Positions 36,633-42,292 of a DNA stretch of 42,292 nucleotides are shown one piece after another; the stretch's first letter is position 1; every line of letters begins with the position of its first letter. This DNA is from an uncultured Desulfobacteraceae bacterium (GTDB lineage Bacteria > Desulfobacterota > Desulfobacteria > Desulfobacterales > Desulfosalsimonadaceae), in assembly GCA_964481615.1 (NCBI GenBank), contig CAYZXZ010000002.1, positions 1 through 42,292 of the forward strand, read 5' to 3'. A model generated the notes under the pieces. The model was not told the origin of the DNA. It ran no database searches and saw nothing but the letters and a program-made list of their open reading frames with translations. Position numbers and translations under genes: made by a program.

Positions 36633-37889
36633 ATGATGGAAATCATTCCCCGGACACTGACCGACAATATTGTCCGTGTTCCCGGGTCTAAAAGCTATAC
36701 CCATCGGGTCTGCATGGCCGCTGCCCTGTCCGATGGCCCCTGCCGCGTGTTCGGAGCCTTAGACAGCGAAGACACCCGGCTGACCCTTTCCGCACTGGAA
36801 AGCATGGGCATTATTGTCGACCGCGCATCGGACGTGATCCGGATCACAGGCGAAAAAGGGACATTTGCTCCCTGCGATCATCCGATCCACCTGGGAAACT
36901 CGGGGACATCCATGCGCCTGTTAACGGGCCTTGCGGCCCTGGGCGCCGGCGAATATCTTTTGACCGGATCGGCCCGCATGCAGGAGCGGCCCATCCATGA
37001 TCTGCTGGCGGCCCTGCAGAAACTCGGAGTTTTTGTTGCGTCCGTCAACAACACCGGCTGCCCGCCGATCCGCATCACCGGCGGAACCATCACCCGGACC
37101 CGAACCCAAATCGATTGCAGCACCAGCAGCCAGTATCTTTCCGCGCTTCTTCTGATCGCGCCCTGCACCTCAGGCGGCCTTGAGATCGAAGTGACCGGCG
37201 GGCCGGTCTCCAAGCCTTATATTGATATGACGTTAGATATTATGGAACGGTTCGGGATCATTTTTTCACGTCAGGGATATACCGGCTTTCATATACCGGG
37301 ATCTCAAGTCTACCGTTCCGGTGATTATATCGTGGAACCCGATGCCTCCCAGGCCGGCTATTTCTGGGCCGCGGCCGCGGTCACCGGTTCCCGGGTCAAG
37401 GTTCCCGGGATTACAAAGATATCTCGACAGGGGGATGTCCGTTTTACCGAGGTCCTGGCCGCGATGGGATGCCGGGTAGAGCACCATGCCGACGGAATTT
37501 CCGTTATCGGCGGGCCTTTGTCGGCCGTCACCATCGACATGGCCGACATGCCCGATCTCGTACCCACACTTGCGGTGATTGCCGCCTTTGCCCGGGGCAC
37601 CACCGTGATTCAAAATGTGGCGCATCTTCGGGCAAAAGAAAGCGACCGGCTCGAAGCGGTAAAAACCGAACTTCGAAAAATGGGGATCGACGCTAAGACT
37701 ACGGACACCGGCATCGCGGTGACCGGAGGACCGGTTCACGGGGCCCGGATCAAAACCTATGATGATCACCGGATCGCAATGTGTTTTTCAGTAGCGGGCC
37801 TGGTGGTGTCCAACGTCATGATCGAAAATGAGGACTGCGTGGCCAAGTCCTTTCCCGGATTTTTCAATGTATTAAACGCACTGTCATAG
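36633..37889 (+). CDS. aroA: 3-phosphoshikimate 1-carboxyvinyltransferase (EPSP synthase)
   Basis: VPGSKSYTHR...LGNSGTSMRLLTG...DHRIAM. Confidence 0.95.
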   Translation: MMEIIPRTLTDNIVRVPGSKSYTHRVCMAAALSDGPCRVFGALDSEDTRLTLSALESMGIIVDRASDVIRITGEKGTFAPCDHPIHLGNSGTSMRLLTGLAALGAGEYLLTGSARMQERPIHDLLAALQKLGVFVASVNNTGCPPIRITGGTITRTRTQIDCSTSSQYLSALLLIAPCTSGGLEIEVTGGPVSKPYIDMTLDIMERFGIIFSRQGYTGFHIPGSQVYRSGDYIVEPDASQAGYFWAAAAVTGSRVKVPGITKISRQGDVRFTEVLAAMGCRVEHHADGISVIGGPLSAVTIDMADMPDLVPTLAVIAAFARGTTVIQNVAHLRAKESDRLEAVKTELRKMGIDAKTTDTGIAVTGGPVHGARIKTYDDHRIAMCFSVAGLVVSNVMIENEDCVAKSFPGFFNVLNALS

Positions 37890-37901
37890 CGGAGAAGAGA
37901 T

Positions 37902-38444
37902 ATGAATGTCTTTCTGATCGGATACCGTTGCACGGGCAAGACGACCGTTGGCCGGCGCCTGTCCCATCTGTTGCAGTGGCAATTTATGGATTCTGATGTT
38001 ATTCTCATGGCCAAGCACGGCATGACCGTTGCCGACATGGTCTCCCGGCTCGGCTGGGACGAATTTAGATCCAGGGAAAAAACCGTGATCAGCGAACTGG
38101 GAAAAATGGATCGGATCATCGTGGCCACGGGGGGCGGCGTGGTGCTGGATCCGGAAAATGTGGCCTGCATGAAAAAAAACGGGCATGTGGTGATCTGGCT
38201 GACCGCGAAAACCGAGACCATCCTTGCACGGATGGGGCAGGATCCTGAGACAAAACAACTCCGTCCGGCGCTTACCGATCGTCCGCAGGAAGCGGAAATC
38301 GCGGAAACCCTTTCCCAGCGGACACCCCTTTACCATGCGGCAATGGATATGCGGATCGCAACGGACAATTTTGACACAGACCAGATCTGTCGCAAAATTC
38401 TAACTCGATTAAGGAAATCATATGCCGGGAAATTCATTCGGTAA
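37902..38444 (+). CDS. aroK: shikimate kinase
   Basis: Walker [14 protein letters not shown]...ATGGG. Confidence 0.9.
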   Translation: MNVFLIGYRCTGKTTVGRRLSHLLQWQFMDSDVILMAKHGMTVADMVSRLGWDEFRSREKTVISELGKMDRIIVATGGGVVLDPENVACMKKNGHVVIWLTAKTETILARMGQDPETKQLRPALTDRPQEAEIAETLSQRTPLYHAAMDMRIATDNFDTDQICRKILTRLRKSYAGKFIR

Positions 38445-39477
38445 ACTGTTTCGCATCACCACCTGGGGCGAATCCCACGGGCCTGCCGTAGGCGTGGTCA
38501 TTGACGGCTGTCCACCCGGAATCCCCCTTGAAGCCGCCGACATCCAGACCATGCTCGACCGCCGACGACCGGGCAAGACCGTCACCAGCACGACGCGAAG
38601 GGAAAAGGACAGGGCGATCCTTCTATCCGGTGTTTTTGAGAGCAAAACCACGGGCACGCCCATTGCCGTCATGGTGGAAAACAAAGATGCGGATTCATCC
38701 GCGTATCAACCTTTTGCCGAATTGTTTCGGCCGGGACACGCGGATATCACCTACCAGGCCAAATACGGGATCCGGGACTGGCGGGGCGGGGGCAGGGCAT
38801 CGGCCCGGGAAACCGTGGGCCGTGTTGCGGCCGGAGCCGTGGCCCGAAAGATCCTGTTAAAAGAAGGGATCGACATTGTCGCCTATACCCGGTCTCTCGG
38901 GCGTGTTGCCGCCGCGACCTTTGACCGCGGCGCCATTGACCGCAACCTCTTCGGGACCCCGGATATGGATGCGGCCGCATATATGGAAACGGAAGCGGTC
39001 GAAATCCGGAAAATTGGCGATTCCCTAGGCGGTATCGTGGAGGTCCTAGCCTCGGGGGTTCCGGCGGGCCTTGGAGAGCCAGTGTTTGACAAACTGGACG
39101 CGGACCTGGCAAAGGCATTAATGAGCATCGGCGCGGTCAAGGGCATCGAAATCGGGTCCGGGTTTCAGGCAGCGGCCATGACCGGTTCCCGACACAATGA
39201 CCCGATCCTGCCGGACGGGTTTGCCACCAATAACAGCGGCGGGATACTGGGCGGTATTTCCAGCGGCGGCGACATCCTGGTCCGGGTGGCGGTCAAACCC
39301 ATCCCTTCTATCGCCATTGAACAGGAGACCATCGATGTCCACGGCAATCCGCGCAAGATCACCGTCACGGGCCGCCACGACATATCCGCCATCCCCCGGA
39401 TCAACGTGGTGTGCGAGGCAATGGTCTGCCTGGTGCTGGCGGATCACCTGCTCCGCCAGCGTGCCATCCGGGGTTAA
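38422..39477 (+). CDS. aroC: chorismate synthase
   Basis: [26 protein letters not shown]...RPGHAD...GRHD. The start overlaps the aroK 3' end by 23 nt. Confidence 0.95.
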   Translation: MPGNSFGKLFRITTWGESHGPAVGVVIDGCPPGIPLEAADIQTMLDRRRPGKTVTSTTRREKDRAILLSGVFESKTTGTPIAVMVENKDADSSAYQPFAELFRPGHADITYQAKYGIRDWRGGGRASARETVGRVAAGAVARKILLKEGIDIVAYTRSLGRVAAATFDRGAIDRNLFGTPDMDAAAYMETEAVEIRKIGDSLGGIVEVLASGVPAGLGEPVFDKLDADLAKALMSIGAVKGIEIGSGFQAAAMTGSRHNDPILPDGFATNNSGGILGGISSGGDILVRVAVKPIPSIAIEQETIDVHGNPRKITVTGRHDISAIPRINVVCEAMVCLVLADHLLRQRAIRG

Positions 39478-42209
39478 ATGCCTCCCCTTTTTTCTTCCGC
39501 TTCGATCGCAGCCTGGGCCGCGGCCAGGCGGGCGATGGGCAGGCGGTAGGGCGAACAGCTCACGTAATCAAAACCGCAGTCAAAACAGAACTTGACCGAT
39601 TCCGCGTCTCCGCCGTGTTCGCCGCAGATGCCGATTTTCAGGTTCGGCCGGGTGCTTCGGCCCTTTTGCACCGATTCCCGGATCAGGGGGCCGACGCCTT
39701 CGAAATCAATGGTCTGAAAAGGGTCTTTGATCAGGATCTTTCTGTCAATATAATCCACCATGAACCCGCCGATATCATCCCGGCTGAATCCGAAAAACAT
39801 CTGGGTCAGGTCATTGGTGCCGTAGGAAAAAAATTCCGCGGTCTTTGCCATCTGATCGGACAAGCGGGCCGCCCGGGGAATCTCGATCATGGTGCCGTAC
39901 TGGCATTCGATGGTTTCGATTTTATATTTGGCAATGACCTCGGCATAGACCCGGTCAAAAATAATTTTGACCTCATCGAGCTCCCGCACATCGCAGGTAA
40001 CCGGCACCATGATTTCGGGAACCGGGTTTTTGCCGTAGATGATCAGTTCCGCGGCGCCTTCCAAAATGGCGCGAATCTGCATCTCCGCAATTTCCGGATA
40101 CGTGATGCCCAGTCGCACCCCCCGATGACCCATCATGGGGTTGCTCTCGGAAATGGCCTCGCTGCGCTTGGCGATTTCTTTTTCATCAATCCCCAGTGCC
40201 TGGGCCAACTTGCTCCGCATTTCAGGCCGTTTGGGCACGAATTCATGCAACGGCGGGTCCAACAGCCGGATGGTGACGGGCAGGCCATCCATGATTTCAA
40301 GAGCAATTTCCACATCATCCCTGACAAAGGGAGCCAGCTCGTCTAAGGCCGCCCGCCGTTCGTCCCTGGTATTGCTCATGATCACCTTTCGCAGCAGAAA
40401 CAGCGGTGTTTCCGCCCCTTCGCCGTAAAACATGTGCTCCGTGCGGAACAGGCCGATGCCTTCGGCCCCGAACTCCTTGGCCATCCAGATATCCTTGGGG
40501 GTTTCGGCATTGGTGCGGACCTTCATGGTGCGAAAGGTGTCGACGATTTCTAAAAATTCCCGCAGCCGTGGGCTTTCCGTGGCGTCCATCATGGGGAGTT
40601 CCCCTTCATAGACCAGGCCCCTGGTTCCGTTTAAGGTGAACAGGTCGCCCTCATGATAGGTTTTGCCGTCGATGGTCATTGTTTTTTCATGTAGATCGAG
40701 TTTCAATGCGCCGGCGCCTACAATACAACATTTTCCCCAGCCCCTGGCCACCAGTGCGGCATGACTGGTCATGCCGCCCCGGGCCGTAAGAATGGCCTCT
40801 GCGGCCCGCATGCCTTCCACATCTTCCGGATTGGTCTCTTCCCGGACCAGAATGACCTTTTTGCCGGCCTTGTTCCAGGTCACGGCATCCACGGAATTAA
40901 ACACGATCCGACCGAAGGCGGCCCCCGGCCCGGCGGGCAGGCCCTTGGCGATCACCCGGGCGTTTTTTTCCGCTTCCGGATCCACCAGGGGATGGAGCAT
41001 TTCATCGAGTTGGGGCGGCATAACGCGGGTGACCGCGGTTTTTTCGTCGATCAGGCCTTCTTCCAGCATATCCATGGCCATGTTAAGGGCCGCAAGGCCG
41101 GTGCGCTTGCCCACCCGGGTCTGGAGCATATAGAGACGGTTTTCTTCGATGGTGAACTCGATATCCTGCATGTCGCTGTAGTGGGTTTCAAGCCTTTGGC
41201 GGACATCTATAAGCTGCTGGTACGCATCGGGCATGGCCGCTTCAAGGGAGGGCAGGTGCGCGTTCTGCTCGTTCTTGGTGGCGTCGTTGATGGGGTTGGG
41301 GGTACGGATGCCGGCCACCACGTCCTCGCCCTGAGCGTTAGGGAGCCATTCACCGTAGAAAGTGTTTTCGCCGGTGGCCGGATTGCGGGTGAAGCCCACG
41401 CCCGTGGCCGATGTATTCCCCATGTTGCCGAATACCATGCTCTGCACATTGCAGGCCGTTCCCCATTGATCCGGAATGTTTTCGATCCGGCGATAGGACA
41501 TAGCTCGTTTGCCGTTCCAGCTTTTAAACACCGCGCCAACAGCCCCCCACAACTGGGACATGGGATCATCAGGAAACGCCGTGCCCATAACCTGATGGAC
41601 TTTTTCCTTAAACTGTTCCGATAGAATTTTTAAATCATCGGCCGTAAAATCGGTATCACCCGCATAGCCTTTTTTCTGCTTCATGGCTTCCATGATGTGC
41701 TCGAGCTGCCCGCGGATAGCCTTGCCTTCTTCGGGCTCGATGCCTTCGGCCTTTTCCATGACTACATCCGAATACATCATGATCAGGCGGCGGTAGGCGT
41801 CATAGACAAATCGGGCGTTGCCGGTTTTTTTGATCATTCCCAAAATGGTGCCGGTGGTCAGCCCGACATTGAGAACGGTTTCCATCATGCCGGGCATGGA
41901 CCGCCTGGCCCCGGACCGGCAGGAGACCAGAAGCGGATTTTCCGGGTCGCCGAATTTTTTTTCCATCACCGATTCCACCCATGCCAGGGACTTTTCCATT
42001 TCGCCCTTAAGTGAGGGCGGGTACTGGCCTTTGGATTCAAAATATGCGGTGCAGGCTTCGGTGCTTATGGTGAACCCGGCGGGTACCGGAAGACCCAGAC
42101 GGGCCATTTCCGCCAGGCCCGCGCCCTTGCCGCCCAGCAGGTCCTTGCGGGAACCGTCGCCTTCAGCGGTTCCATTGCCGAATGCATATACGTATTTTGT
42201 TATTGTCAT
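39474..42209 (-). CDS. ppdK: pyruvate, phosphate dikinase
   Basis: [12 protein letters not shown], catalytic-His loop [14 protein letters not shown], and a C-terminal PEP-utilising TIM domain. 911 aa. Confidence 0.97.
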   Translation of the reverse strand: MTITKYVYAFGNGTAEGDGSRKDLLGGKGAGLAEMARLGLPVPAGFTISTEACTAYFESKGQYPPSLKGEMEKSLAWVESVMEKKFGDPENPLLVSCRSGARRSMPGMMETVLNVGLTTGTILGMIKKTGNARFVYDAYRRLIMMYSDVVMEKAEGIEPEEGKAIRGQLEHIMEAMKQKKGYAGDTDFTADDLKILSEQFKEKVHQVMGTAFPDDPMSQLWGAVGAVFKSWNGKRAMSYRRIENIPDQWGTACNVQSMVFGNMGNTSATGVGFTRNPATGENTFYGEWLPNAQGEDVVAGIRTPNPINDATKNEQNAHLPSLEAAMPDAYQQLIDVRQRLETHYSDMQDIEFTIEENRLYMLQTRVGKRTGLAALNMAMDMLEEGLIDEKTAVTRVMPPQLDEMLHPLVDPEAEKNARVIAKGLPAGPGAAFGRIVFNSVDAVTWNKAGKKVILVREETNPEDVEGMRAAEAILTARGGMTSHAALVARGWGKCCIVGAGALKLDLHEKTMTIDGKTYHEGDLFTLNGTRGLVYEGELPMMDATESPRLREFLEIVDTFRTMKVRTNAETPKDIWMAKEFGAEGIGLFRTEHMFYGEGAETPLFLLRKVIMSNTRDERRAALDELAPFVRDDVEIALEIMDGLPVTIRLLDPPLHEFVPKRPEMRSKLAQALGIDEKEIAKRSEAISESNPMMGHRGVRLGITYPEIAEMQIRAILEGAAELIIYGKNPVPEIMVPVTCDVRELDEVKIIFDRVYAEVIAKYKIETIECQYGTMIEIPRAARLSDQMAKTAEFFSYGTNDLTQMFFGFSRDDIGGFMVDYIDRKILIKDPFQTIDFEGVGPLIRESVQKGRSTRPNLKIGICGEHGGDAESVKFCFDCGFDYVSCSPYRLPIARLAAAQAAIEAEEKRGGI

Positions 42210-42292
42210 CTGTCTGGCATTCCTTTCTTTTCTGATCTATCTAGTGTTTGAACGGAAAAAATTATAATCAATAATAACTGATTGTTATAAAT

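Noticed and set aside
39411-41624. Long + strand ORFs (39411-40346, 311 aa; 40761-41624, 287 aa).
   Set aside because: Both are antisense to ppdK, whose 911-aa product is unmistakable. The translations are Gly/Pro/Arg/His-rich, low-complexity shadow ORFs.
1-42292. A scan for mobile elements, CRISPR arrays, and rRNA or tRNA genes.
   Set aside because: I found no transposase, integrase or phage-like ORFs, no regularly spaced repeats, and no tRNA-like cloverleaf candidates in the intergenic regions I read. By eye, composition and gene content look uniformly chromosomal.

Overview
The window is a core-chromosome housekeeping segment. Gene content suggests a sulfate-reducer-like deltaproteobacterium (Desulfobacterota), but this is inference because no database search was possible. 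I count about 40 protein genes on both strands: valS (3' end), nadC, a rhomboid protease, two REC-domain c-di-GMP enzymes (one GGDEF, one HD-GYP), lepA, ndk, a macro-domain deacylase, HU, prepilin peptidase, lon, tsaB, psd, leuB-like, greA, rpoZ, ttcA, folE2, dtd-dacB, ileS-lspA-lgt-holA, a TetR regulator, an MBL hydrolase, recJ, DUF4911-miaB-BFN nuclease-PHP phosphatase, an aromatic amino-acid operon (aroA'-aroB'-aroA-aroK-aroC) and ppdK. I recognised no rRNA, tRNA, CRISPR array, transposase, integrase or phage genes. The ORF track misses or misrepresents three things. (1) An unlisted HesB/IscA-like selenoprotein gene (6613-6924) has an in-frame TGA, a SECIS-like hairpin and its own terminator. 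(2) A 29-codon leader ORF (34563-34652) encodes FYYYWYYRY. It is followed by mutually exclusive antiterminator and terminator helices directly upstream of the aro operon, which looks like a Tyr/Trp/Phe-sensing transcription attenuator on an archaeal-type (ADH synthase / DHQ synthase II) shikimate-entry operon. This is my best candidate for something undescribed. (3) The first gene of that operon is split by a +1 frame change at about 35184. Product calls rest on motifs I recognise in the supplied translations. Start codons were chosen by Shine-Dalgarno and overlap context, and several are uncertain.
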